Position numbers and translations under genes: made by a program. Of a stretch of 64,000 nucleotides of DNA, positions 17,951-28,541 are shown piece by piece. This DNA comes from a virus, in IMG/VR virus record IMGVR_UViG_3300007734_000755, positions 32,001-96,000 of that record; one strand, 5' to 3'. The notes beneath the pieces are model-generated. The model was not told the origin of the DNA and ran no database searches. It was given only the letters and a program-made list of their open reading frames with translations. The stretch's first letter is position 1. Every line of letters begins with the position of its first letter.

Positions 17951-18865
17951 TTACTTCTTCTTTGCAGGGAAACCTTTCTTCTTTTCTGTCTCTTTCTTGT
18001 CGGCTTCCTTCTTCTTCATTTCCAATTTCTTCTTCTTGTCAGCTTCTTTCTTCTTGTCTGTTGCCTGCTTTTCCTTGATCATTGAGGTCTTTCCGGCTGG
18101 AGCTTTCTTCTTTGCTTCAATCAATCTACGCTTTACTCTTGATGTAATCTTGTTGACCAATCTATTAATTGCCTCTTCCATTGGTGAGGGGGCCGGAGGC
18201 ATTTCTTCTTCATCTTCTGTTGGAGGCATTTCTTCTTCGGTCTCTGGGGCTTTCTCGCCATCTTCTACTGTAACCTCAACGCCAAGTGTTTCCTGAACCA
18301 ACTCTCCCAGCTTCTTTACAAAGTCCTTGATCTTAGTCTCGGTCTCGTCGCCATCTGGCTCTTCGTGCATTTCCGGAGCTGGTTCAACTTCTTCCTCGTC
18401 ACCCTTTGGGTCTAATTCGGCCTGTTCAAGAAGTTTCTTGAGCTTCTTCATTGATCTGCGCAGATTTTCTTGAAAAGACATTTGTGGAACTGCTTCGTCT
18501 AGTTCCTCCTCGTCTTCCATTTCCTCATCCTCGTGGCCCTCGTCCACATCACACTCACAATCCTTAAACGGAGCACCACATTCTGGGCATTCTTCGTTTC
18601 CTAGATCAAATTCGCTATCTAGATTTTCACCCTCATCGCCAAATTCTCCACCCGATTCATCGGAAGGGAACTCATCATCGGTATATGTAGAGTGGAATCC
18701 TTCATCTCCCAACGAAGCATCAAAGGCGTTCCCTTTTGGATCATCTGGGTTAAAATTCTTATGTCCTTCTCTTAGGAATGGATTTGTTAATGCTCCAATC
18801 CCAGCCAATCCCATCATTCGTCTTGTGACTGACTCATTTAGCAGTAAATCTTTTCTCTTTGACAT
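17951..18865 (-). CDS. highly acidic protein with Lys-rich tail; prohead core/internal head protein candidate
   Basis: LLNESVTRRMMGLAGI start, D/E-rich middle, K-rich C-terminus, ACTATTTA upstream at 18893. Confidence 0.6.
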   Translation of the reverse strand: MSKRKDLLLNESVTRRMMGLAGIGALTNPFLREGHKNFNPDDPKGNAFDASLGDEGFHSTYTDDEFPSDESGGEFGDEGENLDSEFDLGNEECPECGAPFKDCECDVDEGHEDEEMEDEEELDEAVPQMSFQENLRRSMKKLKKLLEQAELDPKGDEEEVEPAPEMHEEPDGDETETKIKDFVKKLGELVQETLGVEVTVEDGEKAPETEEEMPPTEDEEEMPPAPSPMEEAINRLVNKITSRVKRRLIEAKKKAPAGKTSMIKEKQATDKKKEADKKKKLEMKKKEADKKETEKKKGFPAKKK

Positions 18866-18910
18866 GTTCTATTTCTCCTAAGAAATCACAAATAAATAGT
18901 AGTGAGAATT

Positions 18911-19162
18911 CTAAAAAGCCCAATCTTCGTTCTTTGCGGCCTGTTTAATTTTCTCGATTGCCTTATCTTCGATCTGTTTAATTCTAACGTAGGAAACCCC
19001 CATTCTTTTTGAAGCCTCTTCCAGAGTTAGAGATCCGTGTTTTCTTGTGCAGATTAACACACAATTTAAATCATCTGGATATTCTATATAGTTTCTACAT
19101 TCTGTTTTTAGACAGGGCGTATTTGTCTTCTGGCAAATTTCATCACAATACATTATGATCAT
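18911..19162 (-). CDS. stand-alone sigma70 region-4 HTH protein with Cys-rich N-terminus
   Basis: LTLEEASKRMGVSYVRIKQIEDKAIEKI resembles sigma region 4.2. Confidence 0.8.
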   Translation of the reverse strand: MIIMYCDEICQKTNTPCLKTECRNYIEYPDDLNCVLICTRKHGSLTLEEASKRMGVSYVRIKQIEDKAIEKIKQAAKNEDWAF

Positions 19163-19485
19163 CCTGGGAGAGTTTCGTCGAGGATATCATAGATATCTTC
19201 TATCTCCTCGTGGTTTAGATCATACAGTACCTTTGATTTCTTGGCAAGAACCTCTTGCTTTTCAATGTAGGGCTTCTTTAATCTTCCGGAAATCTTATTC
19301 CTTTGCTTATAATTTTCCACAATAGTTCTCGCATTCTCATCCCCAGCTAGATAACTTTCAATAAAGAACTTTATAATTCTAGATGGGTGAGGAAGGTTTT
19401 CGAACTTAAGTGAGGAAAGAAACTCTCCATATTCATATTCACCTAGATTGCATATAATTCTCTTTTGGTAGACTGCCGATTTCAT
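19159..19485 (-). CDS. hypothetical protein (possible DNA-binding)
   Basis: ORF coupled to neighbours. Confidence 0.6.
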   Translation of the reverse strand: MKSAVYQKRIICNLGEYEYGEFLSSLKFENLPHPSRIIKFFIESYLAGDENARTIVENYKQRNKISGRLKKPYIEKQEVLAKKSKVLYDLNHEEIEDIYDILDETLPG

Positions 19486-20543
19486 TATTTATTCCTTAGA
19501 AGGATGTGGGTTTCGCTTTCAATGATAGAAGAGTTAGACTGAAGGGTTATTTTTGCCTTCTTGTGCATATCCTTTATGTTTGACACTCCTGAATATGACA
19601 GCCCACTTCTGATTCCTTTTTCAAGATCACTCAAAATATCTATAACTGTTCCCTTGTACGGGACTGTTGTCGAAATACCCTCTAGTGACCCTATAGAGCC
19701 TCTCCATTTTTGTTGTGCTTCTGGGGATGCCATGCCCTGGTAGATTTTATACTTTCGACCATCTCTTTCCAGAACAACACCGGGGGATTCGTCTGTACCA
19801 GCTAAGAGCGAGCCAAGCATAACAAGGTCAGCTCCAGCAGCGATTGCCTTAACAATATCTCCAGAGTTTCTTATGCCACCATCAGCAATTAATAAGGTCT
19901 TAGTTCCCTTCTTTGCCTTTGCGCAGTCCATTATGGCAGTTATGCTAGGAACTCCGTGTCCAGTCTTTATTCTAGTTTCACAAATGCTCCCATTCCCAAT
20001 CCCAACCTTAATTGAATCTGCACCCCAATTACTTAGGTCTCGGAAGCCTTCTCCTGTGGCAACATTTCCAACCATAAGATGGCAATCGTAGAGATATTTC
20101 TTCAACACCCTCATTGCGTCCTTAACGAGTATGTGGTGACCATGTGCAACATCTATGCAAAAGATACGACAACCATTTCTTACTAGCTCCTGGGCTCTCT
20201 CCAAATAGTCTCCGGTGATTCCAATTGCACATCCGGCGTATGGAGCCTTATTAAATAACTCTACTTGTTGAGCAACAGAATTATATCTGTGTATAATTCC
20301 TAATCCACCGCACCCAATTATAGCGTTAGCCATCTGGTCCTCTGTTACTGTATCCATCGGACTAGAAATTATGGGAAGTTCAAGTACTCTGCAATCTTCT
20401 GTTAGAAACGGATCATCGTAATCCGTGTTCTTCTCCTTCTTTCTGATTGGAAATTTTGTTGTTAGGATAATATCCTTCCTCGTCTTTACTTCACTAAACT
20501 GTGGCACTAAAAGACAATCATCAAACGTATATGTTTTTTTCAT
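19485..20543 (-). CDS. IMPDH/GMP reductase family oxidoreductase without CBS domains (GMP reductase favoured)
   Basis: TFDDCLLVP, SSPMDTVTE, IDVAHGH, GIGNGSICETR, ADGGI, YQGMAS; short flap lacking the Arg-Tyr pair. Confidence 0.9.
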   Translation of the reverse strand: MKKTYTFDDCLLVPQFSEVKTRKDIILTTKFPIRKKEKNTDYDDPFLTEDCRVLELPIISSPMDTVTEDQMANAIIGCGGLGIIHRYNSVAQQVELFNKAPYAGCAIGITGDYLERAQELVRNGCRIFCIDVAHGHHILVKDAMRVLKKYLYDCHLMVGNVATGEGFRDLSNWGADSIKVGIGNGSICETRIKTGHGVPSITAIMDCAKAKKGTKTLLIADGGIRNSGDIVKAIAAGADLVMLGSLLAGTDESPGVVLERDGRKYKIYQGMASPEAQQKWRGSIGSLEGISTTVPYKGTVIDILSDLEKGIRSGLSYSGVSNIKDMHKKAKITLQSNSSIIESETHILLRNK

Positions 20544-20870
20544 TTATTTACCTTGAATCCTTTTTATTTCTTCTGTTAGAGATGCTTCATCAAACCCAGA
20601 TTCTGGGTAAACTAACTCATGGAACTTTTGTCCCTTAATATAGTATATTGTTGGGACTCCCTCTTCAACAAACAATTCTGCCAACTCTTCCTCTTCATCA
20701 ATATCAACCTCACAAAAGTCTAGCTCCTTGAATTTAAGGGATACGTCTTCGTATAGTTGCTCTATATCCGTACACACTGGGCAGTCGTCACTCTTAAACT
20801 TTACCAGGAAGGGTTTCCCCGCGTCAACCATCTTTTTAAATTTAAACAAATCAAGATCTTTCGGCTTCAT
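20544..20870 (-). CDS. thioredoxin-like protein
   Basis: CPVC active site, GVPT cis-Pro. Confidence 0.85.
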   Translation of the reverse strand: MKPKDLDLFKFKKMVDAGKPFLVKFKSDDCPVCTDIEQLYEDVSLKFKELDFCEVDIDEEEELAELFVEEGVPTIYYIKGQKFHELVYPESGFDEASLTEEIKRIQGK

Positions 20871-21120
20871 TTGGTACGGCCTCCTTTGCTTTGTCTATAC
20901 ATTGTGGGCAAAAAAGTCTCACGACGGACTCCTCATACTTAACCACTACCACCCAGGTATTGGCCATTTCCCTAGATTTCTTGTCAAATTGGGCAGAACA
21001 CACGTCACACTTGTCAGGAAGTCTACTAAACATTCCAACCTTTTCGGATAGGTCCTTTTCGACTTCCTTTCTTTTCTCCAGTGTTTGGCTTCTTTCTATT
21101 TTTTTTAGAAGATTTGACAT
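20851..21120 (-). CDS. small zinc-finger protein
   Basis: CDVC...CPQC. Confidence 0.7.
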   Translation of the reverse strand: MSNLLKKIERSQTLEKRKEVEKDLSEKVGMFSRLPDKCDVCSAQFDKKSREMANTWVVVVKYEESVVRLFCPQCIDKAKEAVPNEAERS

Positions 21121-21584
21121 TATACTCCAGTAGAACCAAAGCCGCCATCCTGTCTATTGGATAGGGTAAGAGTCCTAAAATAGAGATCTTCGTTTTCTGG
21201 AACCTCAACAAACTCTGGTAGCTTGATTGGGTAGACTATAATCTGCGCAATCTTCTCTCCCGGATTTATTTGTTGAGATCCAGAACCAACATTGTGTATG
21301 TTAACCATTACTTCTCCAGTGTATCCCGAATCAATAATACAGGCTCCGACCAACAATTGTTTTTTGCTTGCTATACCTGACTTATTCTTAACTTCACATA
21401 CGTGTCCAGACGGGACAGCAATTTTGATTCCTGTTGATAACAGTCGTGATTCCCCGGCCCAAATAAGCACGGGCTCTGTCCCGTGATAGAATACGTCAGC
21501 TCCCGCATCCGATTTATTTGCCCGATTGGGCAGCTTTGAATCCTCATAAATTTTCTTAACGTCTATAAACAAATTAACCTCCAT
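21120..21584 (-). CDS. dut: trimeric dUTPase
   Basis: AGAD, KSG, IIDSGYTGE, IAQ, RQDGGFGSTG. Confidence 0.95.
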   Translation of the reverse strand: MEVNLFIDVKKIYEDSKLPNRANKSDAGADVFYHGTEPVLIWAGESRLLSTGIKIAVPSGHVCEVKNKSGIASKKQLLVGACIIDSGYTGEVMVNIHNVGSGSQQINPGEKIAQIIVYPIKLPEFVEVPENEDLYFRTLTLSNRQDGGFGSTGV

Positions 21585-21599
21585 TGGTGTTGTCCAAGG

Positions 21600-21628
21600 A
21601 GGTTAACATGGTCTTACTTGTCTGTCAA
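21600..21628 (-). promoter_or_regulatory. sigma70-like promoter
   Basis: TTGACA-N17-TAACCT with TGn. Confidence 0.6.
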
Positions 21629-21632
21629 TCGC

Positions 21633-22448
21633 TTAGACGTAAGATCCTGAGGATAGAACGACAAATACCCCAGCGACCGGAGTATGTGATTCCTTGGCAG
21701 ACGATGAAAATTCGACAATTATTCCACCAGCAGTGTTTATTGTTCCCGTGGCAATCAAGAAGGCTTTTCTGTATAAGGCCGAAGATAGATCCGTTGCTGA
21801 CGCAGTAGCCACGCTCCCTGTTGGACCGAACGAGGTGTTAGACCCGGTCGCAACCTTGGAAGCAAATACCGAAGCGTCTGACGGCTTTATTAATCTGATC
21901 TGATCTCCAGAGGTCATTTGACCCGCAACATAGACCACTAGGTGTGATGGGGTTCCAGCTCCAGTGATTGCTGCGCCAAACTTGATTGAGGCAGTAGCTG
22001 TGGTTCCGCCCAAATAGTAGGGGACGTATGCTGATTGTGGGCCATCGTTACTGTAGATGATGACCGGAGAAACAGGGGCATTAGACTTAGAACAATCCGT
22101 TTGAACTGCGCCGACAAGTGGGAAATAGTAATGCTTTGCTGCCGAACTTAGACCAACCGCGCCGCTTAGTGAGGATGAAAGAAACGCACCAACATTGGTA
22201 ACTTCTCCAGAGAGTCCGGCATAAGTCCACGCACCATCGGCATTTGACACGGCATCACTCAATTGCGTAGCTGATGCCGCAGTAAAGGTTGGAGAGGTTC
22301 CTGCCTTACCATATAGAGCAGTGTTTACAAGGGCCGCTTGGTTGGCAGCAACGCCTCTATCCACTTCTGAAACGTTGGTATACCCAGCCGGGTGCAATAC
22401 GTTATTATATACTGCCGCAGCCTTTCTTTTTCTGTGTCCACTTGCCAT
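21633..22448 (-). CDS. putative virion structural protein (A/S/G/T-rich)
   Basis: small-residue beta-type composition; ACTATTTA at 22473 and GGAG RBS. Confidence 0.55.
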   Translation of the reverse strand: MASGHRKRKAAAVYNNVLHPAGYTNVSEVDRGVAANQAALVNTALYGKAGTSPTFTAASATQLSDAVSNADGAWTYAGLSGEVTNVGAFLSSSLSGAVGLSSAAKHYYFPLVGAVQTDCSKSNAPVSPVIIYSNDGPQSAYVPYYLGGTTATASIKFGAAITGAGTPSHLVVYVAGQMTSGDQIRLIKPSDASVFASKVATGSNTSFGPTGSVATASATDLSSALYRKAFLIATGTINTAGGIIVEFSSSAKESHTPVAGVFVVLSSGSYV

Positions 22449-22498
22449 TCTTCGATCTCCTAAGTTCAGTAGTAAATAGTATTATAAAACGCGAAATA

Positions 22499-25400
22499 CT
22501 ATCCGACCATCTTCCAATTCTTAGAAATGCCCATACAAGAATAGCTCTTATAGTTCTCATCATAATCTAGTTTGGCAACATATGGTCTGTTTAAATAGAT
22601 TAAATCCTTTTCAAGATCTACTCCCCAGCACTTTATTTCAAACGTCTTTGAGGAATCATCCGCTACCTGCACTGCATAATAGTTCTTGCTATTTTTTGAC
22701 TTCTTTACCTCAAAGGACATTGGGATAAACCAACAAACTCCAAGTTCTGCATCAAACTTGGAGATCGGATAAATCATCTTATCGTCCAATCTCTTATAAA
22801 GTTTAGGATCCATAACCAACTCTATGGGGAAGAATCCCAACAACTCCTTACAATTCTGTATTACCTCGGCCTTTGAGAAGTCTCCCTCTGACTTATAGAG
22901 CTCAATATATTCATCAAACTTCTTCTTTGTCTTTGGTCTTTCTGCGCTAAACGACATCCAAAAATGCTTTGTTCCTGTAAATCGATTGTCTATCAAACAA
23001 TCCAGCGCTCCGCATCTGGCAAGAGCATCAAACCCTCTCTTGTTGAGCTTGGAATAAACAATGTCCTCGTTGAAAAGCATTTCATCAATCGTCTTGAATG
23101 GCCGATTATTTAGGACTTGTTCGACAGCCTTATCTCCCAATCCCTTGATTGAGTTTAAAGGTTGATAATAAGTCTTACCATCGGTTGAAACACGCCATTT
23201 ATCTCCAGAATTATTGATATTTGGGGACTCAATTTTATAACCCAGAGACTTAATAGTAGAAATGGCCTTAGCCTTTCCATCATCATCCTTGGTTTCTTCA
23301 TCTAGGTACGACGCAATCCATTCAGATGGATGATAAGTAAGAAGGTATGCACACTGATAGGAAAGGATGCTATAACAAACGGCATGAGATTTATTAAAGC
23401 CGTAACCAGAGAAGAACTCAAAGGTTTGCCATAGCCTCTCCGCATCATCAACTTGAATATTCTTTTCAGCACATCCTTCCATAAACTTAACATAAATCCC
23501 GTCCTTTACTTCATGACCCTTTCCGGTGCCCTTCTTGGTAAGTAGTTTTCTAAGTAGATTGCCCTCGTCAAGAGACAAGTCCTTTCCTAGCTTGTGGGCA
23601 ATCAACGCAATCTGTTCCTGAAAGATGAGAAATCCAAAGGTCTCCCTTGTTATTTCTTCTACAATTGGATGCAGGTATGAAATACTTTCCGGAGATTCCT
23701 TGGCCTTAACATAGTTCTCGTCAACCTTAGCCGATAACGGGCCTGGTCTAAAGATCGAGGTTACTGCCGATAGGTCAATGATACTCGTTGGCTTTGCCTT
23801 CTTACAAAACTCCTGCGCGCCTCTTTCTGCAAATTGAAAGACTCCAACCCAGCTTCCGTCATGAAATACGTTTTTATAAACTTTTTGGTCATCAAAGTTT
23901 ATGACTGACGGGTGTAGTTTTTTATCATAGAAATCTCTTATCTCCTTAAATGTTGGAGATGGATTTCCGTTCTTGACGAGGATCCTAGAAATAGTATTTT
24001 CTATTAGTCGAAGGGTTGTTAATCCAAGAATGTCGAACTTGATAAACCCTAGAGGCTCCAAGTGTCTTACATTCTGGCCCTCACTCCATGGGGTTTGTGT
24101 AACACCGCCAGAATTTATCAGCGGCATATATCTTGAGATATTTTCAGATACAATTACGCCACCAGCGTGCCTACTCGCACTTCTCACTTGTCCCTGTAAG
24201 ACACCAATGCTCGTCTTTATATCTGGATATTTCGTAAGAAAGCCTTGCAGGCTTTCTGAATATTCCATCAACTCCTCAAAGGTTGGCACGTACTTACCAG
24301 CAGTTAGCCCGTGTTTTTCCTTTGCGGCAACCATCGCTTCCTTTTCCATCACTGATGTTACATCATTTACTTCCTGATATGGAACGCTATAAAGTTTTGA
24401 GAGATCCTTGATAAGAGAACGAAGTTGTAGAGTGTTCCAGTTTGAAATTGGAACAACGCTGTCATTTCCCCATTCATCAATAAGCATCTGTTTCAATGCC
24501 ATTGGATCAGAGGTATCAAAGTCGATATCTGGATAATCCTTTGCGTTTTTTTGTAGGAACCGGCTAAACAACAGACCGTATTTAATTGGATCTAGTTGAG
24601 TGATATTCAGCAAATATGATACCAAGGAACCTGCTGCCGATCCTCTACCTGCTCCGACTAGCTGATTCTCCACTGCCTTATCGGCAATAGCCTTCATTGT
24701 CAGAAAGTACTTAGAGAATCCGCGATCCTTAATAATCGATAATTCTTCTCTTATTCTTTCAATATATTGCTTATTGGTTCCAAAGCCAAATTTCTTCATT
24801 GATTCAGAACACATTTCAACAAGGGCCTGAAAGTCAGTCTTGCCCTCTGGCACAACAAAGCTTGGAAGTCTCACCGATGAGTCTGGCAGAAAGGATTCAA
24901 TATGAGCGTGAGCAATTTCATAGGAGTTTTCGATTGATTCAAGTACTACTTGATCGTCATAATCACAACCTACCTGTTCCGAATACTTCTTGTATGCATC
25001 CCACATTTGTTGCCCGTTCTTGGGGTACAGCTCACACTTAAGATCTTCACGGCTCTTGGGAAGAGTTTCTAGAGAGAGATTCTTTGATCCAAGCCAACCA
25101 AGCATCTTATAAATTTCTCTTTCCTTCCACAACTCTGGTCTTGGATAATGGCTATCGCAGGTTGATACGAGCTTAACCCCGTTCTCTTTTGCAACGGAGA
25201 TGATAAGGTTGTTGATGCTGTGTTGTTCTGAGTAGGCATTCCATTGTAATTCGCAATAGAATCTGTCTGAAAAGATTTCCTTAAAACTCTTAACAGTTTT
25301 ATTCATCTCCTCGAATACTTTTTCTTCTCCCTGCTCCTTGTAGGCCCAAAACGATTTGGATAAAATCCCACCCATGCAGGCAGAAAGAACTATTACCCCC

Positions 25401-25912
25401 TCGTTATGTTCCTTCAACATTTCGTAGTCGATTCTTGGAAATCTGTAAAAATTTCCTGGTCTGTAAGATTTTGATACTAGTTGATAGATATTAGACAGAC
25501 CTACTGGGTTTTGTGCCAGCAGTACAAGATGCGCTCTGAAATTTAGAGAATTCTTTTCCAGTTGCTTGGATTCCTCTTCGTCTTCTACTACTACACCGCT
25601 CTCCTCATTGTCATCCTTCTTTGTCTTCTTATCTGCCTTGCTTTTATCATAGGCGACTTTCCAATCTGATATAGATGGGACAAAATAAGCCTCAACTCCG
25701 AAGATTGGCTTGAAGGTCTTTCCCTCGGCCGCTAATTTCTTTGAGTGCAAAACTTGATATGACAGGCCGTTCATGTTACCGTGATCTGTTAGTGCTAGGG
25801 CATCTGCTCCATTCTCCATGGCATAATCAATATGCTGGGAGGGGTAGCCTAGGCCATCAAAAACACTGAAGGTTGAGTGTCCGTGCAGGTTGGTGAATTT
25901 AATATTTGGCAT
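22499..25912 (-). CDS. dnaE: DNA polymerase III alpha subunit (family C)
   Basis: PHP motifs HGHS/TDHG/DSH, GRGSAAGS, PDIDFD, RHAGG, KFDILGL, FSGYGFNKSHA; no intein. Confidence 0.97.
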   Translation of the reverse strand: MPNIKFTNLHGHSTFSVFDGLGYPSQHIDYAMENGADALALTDHGNMNGLSYQVLHSKKLAAEGKTFKPIFGVEAYFVPSISDWKVAYDKSKADKKTKKDDNEESGVVVEDEEESKQLEKNSLNFRAHLVLLAQNPVGLSNIYQLVSKSYRPGNFYRFPRIDYEMLKEHNEGVIVLSACMGGILSKSFWAYKEQGEEKVFEEMNKTVKSFKEIFSDRFYCELQWNAYSEQHSINNLIISVAKENGVKLVSTCDSHYPRPELWKEREIYKMLGWLGSKNLSLETLPKSREDLKCELYPKNGQQMWDAYKKYSEQVGCDYDDQVVLESIENSYEIAHAHIESFLPDSSVRLPSFVVPEGKTDFQALVEMCSESMKKFGFGTNKQYIERIREELSIIKDRGFSKYFLTMKAIADKAVENQLVGAGRGSAAGSLVSYLLNITQLDPIKYGLLFSRFLQKNAKDYPDIDFDTSDPMALKQMLIDEWGNDSVVPISNWNTLQLRSLIKDLSKLYSVPYQEVNDVTSVMEKEAMVAAKEKHGLTAGKYVPTFEELMEYSESLQGFLTKYPDIKTSIGVLQGQVRSASRHAGGVIVSENISRYMPLINSGGVTQTPWSEGQNVRHLEPLGFIKFDILGLTTLRLIENTISRILVKNGNPSPTFKEIRDFYDKKLHPSVINFDDQKVYKNVFHDGSWVGVFQFAERGAQEFCKKAKPTSIIDLSAVTSIFRPGPLSAKVDENYVKAKESPESISYLHPIVEEITRETFGFLIFQEQIALIAHKLGKDLSLDEGNLLRKLLTKKGTGKGHEVKDGIYVKFMEGCAEKNIQVDDAERLWQTFEFFSGYGFNKSHAVCYSILSYQCAYLLTYHPSEWIASYLDEETKDDDGKAKAISTIKSLGYKIESPNINNSGDKWRVSTDGKTYYQPLNSIKGLGDKAVEQVLNNRPFKTIDEMLFNEDIVYSKLNKRGFDALARCGALDCLIDNRFTGTKHFWMSFSAERPKTKKKFDEYIELYKSEGDFSKAEVIQNCKELLGFFPIELVMDPKLYKRLDDKMIYPISKFDAELGVCWFIPMSFEVKKSKNSKNYYAVQVADDSSKTFEIKCWGVDLEKDLIYLNRPYVAKLDYDENYKSYSCMGISKNWKMVG

Positions 25913-26231
25913 TTTGTCCTGTGTTGCTTGGGTTGTCTAATTGTTCGCTAAGAGCGAAAATTTGATTCGATAAAATCTTCTCTTTATTTCTTAACTCACA
26001 CTCCATCATATAAAATCTTTGGGCTTGTTGCACATGTCTCTTTTTTTCTTCTTGAAGTTCTTCGTAAAGCTTTCCATAGAGAGTATTTTCTGGTTCTACC
26101 AGACAAAGGACCGAATTTATGTTGTTCATCAACTCATAAGCTTCTTCAAATGTCATAGTAACGGGACGCCCGTTTATTGGAACTGTGAGACGTTTGTATT
26201 CTTCATGCTGAGAAAGCCCGTTATACATCAA
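25899..26231 (-). CDS. hypothetical protein
   Basis: ORF overlapping neighbours. Confidence 0.55.
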   Translation of the reverse strand: MMYNGLSQHEEYKRLTVPINGRPVTMTFEEAYELMNNINSVLCLVEPENTLYGKLYEELQEEKKRHVQQAQRFYMMECELRNKEKILSNQIFALSEQLDNPSNTGQNAKY

Positions 26232-27402
26232 CCGCTCCTCTTACTTCTGAATTATAGGCAAAAATTTCTGCTATCGTTGCCGACTCTCTTTCTCCTAATT
26301 CCTTTGGAAGCTCTTTTCCGCCCGATAGGCGATTCCAGGCCAATCTTAACTCATCTCTATTAAGAGAGCCAACGTGGCATATAGAGGATAATCTACCTGG
26401 TCTTTTCATAGCATCATCTATCTGAACTATCGGCTGATTTGTCGTGATTAACAATCTTATGTTGCAAACGTCTCCGAGGATGCCATCTCCCATGTTTAGA
26501 GCTGCTGAAATGGCATCGATGGAATCCTTCATTCTCTCCTTTACCAAGATATCTGCGTCCTCAAGAATAAGAACCATTGGACGATTTTCCTTCTTGTGTG
26601 ATAGCAACGCAGGTAACATATCCGGCTCTCCAAGTTTCGCAACGAGAGAGGGAGGAACGATAACAAACGAACAATGCTTCCCAAGCTCGGCAATTATAGA
26701 ACGAATCAGATAGGTCTTCCCTGTTCCCGGAGGGCCACTGAGAATACTAATCTTCCCCGTTGGGAATTCTTTCTTTAATTCATCAGATAAAAAGATTTTT
26801 TGTTTTTGAAGCTCAGCTGAATAATACTCTGGCGTAAATGCACACCCTACCTTGCCAGTTTTTTGGATCGAAATCCCCTCTATAGAGGACAACATCATAC
26901 CGACTGAACTCTTATTCTTGTCCTCTGCCGGCGGCTTCTTAAACGGGAGAAAAACTCTCTTGAGAGAGTCGAACATATCTTTGTTTGTTGTACGAAGTGA
27001 TATGTATTGATACTTCCCGGAATAATTCGATCCCTTTTGATAGACAACGTTTGTATCCCCACTCTCGTTCACGAAGATGGCACACTCTACAGGATCCTCA
27101 TCAGAATCCACAATTTCATCGTATTCAGATACTAGGTCTTGCTCTTCCGAGGAATACAACTCAGCCATATTGAATTTGTATTCTGCCAGTGCTTCCTCGA
27201 CCTTAGAGTGGGAAAGAGTGGTCGATACCATAAACGTTCTTAGAGTCTTTTTTTCATTAACTGCCTTTTGCAGGAAGGCATCATCAAATATCCCAGCACC
27301 GCGCTCGGTTCTCCCGGCAAATCCATATTGAAACCACGGAAGGTTTGTAACCTTTTTTGAAGAAAGTTTATTAAACTGATTCTCTGTCGTATTCATATTC
27401 AC
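26221..27402 (-). CDS. AAA+ ATPase (classical clade)
   Basis: GPPGTGKT, LILEDAD, TTN, DDAMKRPGRL. Confidence 0.9.
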   Translation of the reverse strand: MNMNTTENQFNKLSSKKVTNLPWFQYGFAGRTERGAGIFDDAFLQKAVNEKKTLRTFMVSTTLSHSKVEEALAEYKFNMAELYSSEEQDLVSEYDEIVDSDEDPVECAIFVNESGDTNVVYQKGSNYSGKYQYISLRTTNKDMFDSLKRVFLPFKKPPAEDKNKSSVGMMLSSIEGISIQKTGKVGCAFTPEYYSAELQKQKIFLSDELKKEFPTGKISILSGPPGTGKTYLIRSIIAELGKHCSFVIVPPSLVAKLGEPDMLPALLSHKKENRPMVLILEDADILVKERMKDSIDAISAALNMGDGILGDVCNIRLLITTNQPIVQIDDAMKRPGRLSSICHVGSLNRDELRLAWNRLSGGKELPKELGERESATIAEIFAYNSEVRGAVDV

Positions 27403-27631
27403 ATTCCTTAAGCTCTTCGTAGTAATTGTTTAATTCGTTTTCAAATGAGAGTGAACATTCCTCGATTATGGCAGACACTAGATCTCTATACTCAAATGGA
27501 AGAGAATAAAAATCCTTCTTGAGTGCATCTGGCACCTGGTTTTTTAACATTATTGAACTCCAAATCCATTCTGGTCTAATCTTCGGGTTGGAGATCCCCG
27601 GTAATTCTGTCATAATCATCAAATACTCCAC
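27371..27631 (-). CDS. hypothetical protein
   Basis: ORF. Confidence 0.5.
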   Translation of the reverse strand: MEYLMIMTELPGISNPKIRPEWIWSSIMLKNQVPDALKKDFYSLPFEYRDLVSAIIEECSLSFENELNNYYEELKECEYEYDRESV

Positions 27632-28541
27632 AGTCTATTAATCTTTCTTCAAGATCTTTTATTTTGTTATAGCGAAAGTATTTAATCTTCCTTTGCATCT
27701 TATAGTGATAATTGGAAGAAATATACTTGACATACCCATCCCAAGTCGAAATATCATGTATTCTATACCCAGGAAGGATGGTCGCTCCCTCTAGTGTAGC
27801 ACAGCTGAACACCTCGTCAAGCCGGATATCTTTGTTAGAAACTCTCTCGCTCGGATTCCTTCTCTTTAAAAGCTTCAAATCTATTTGTTCACTGGAAATT
27901 CCAGTGTATTTCCATTCCCCAATAACCAGAGAATCAAGATTCTTCTTAAACTGAGGCAACTCTTCTCTAAAAAACGTAAACCCAATAGGAACCCCGTCTC
28001 TGATAGACTTGCCTTCTAGGGTAAAATAGAAATTATTTTTTGAACTTTTAATTCTTTTTCTAAATCTCTGCAATTTCCAGGGTGAATAAACTGTGTGTGG
28101 GAATGAAACATAAAACTTATCTGGCTTTATGAAACCAGATAGTTTCCCAGAGATTTTTAGAGCATAGTCCGCTCCAATTAGAATAGATGATGCGTAGCAA
28201 TCCTTCTTACCCACATCTCTTACTGGTACTGAGGCATACCAGATTGGTATCCTCATCTTGAAATTGTTCTTAAATTCTACTGGAAGCTGAGCAAGTATGG
28301 GATCTTCTACCCATTCGCCCACGACTGTTTTCATGAGAGGAACATACCTCTTGTCCACTATTACCCAAATAGAGTTACATCCTGCTATGGCACACTCCAA
28401 GACACTTCTGTGGAGGGCCGTATAATTCTTATTCAGAGGAGAGAGAGAACTCGGCCACGGGAGTCCATCATTTGATGGACCATTCTGTATTGGAATGATC
28501 CCAACCAAGTGGTTTGCGTAAATTCCCGGCAATCTTTCCAT
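27576..28541 (-). CDS. divergent sugar-phosphate nucleotidyltransferase-fold protein
   Basis: GIIP...PSSLSPL...HRSVLECAIAGCNSIWVI...YVSFP...DISTWDGY; canonical GGxGxR absent. Confidence 0.6.
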   Translation of the reverse strand: MERLPGIYANHLVGIIPIQNGPSNDGLPWPSSLSPLNKNYTALHRSVLECAIAGCNSIWVIVDKRYVPLMKTVVGEWVEDPILAQLPVEFKNNFKMRIPIWYASVPVRDVGKKDCYASSILIGADYALKISGKLSGFIKPDKFYVSFPHTVYSPWKLQRFRKRIKSSKNNFYFTLEGKSIRDGVPIGFTFFREELPQFKKNLDSLVIGEWKYTGISSEQIDLKLLKRRNPSERVSNKDIRLDEVFSCATLEGATILPGYRIHDISTWDGYVKYISSNYHYKMQRKIKYFRYNKIKDLEERLIDCGVFDDYDRITGDLQPED

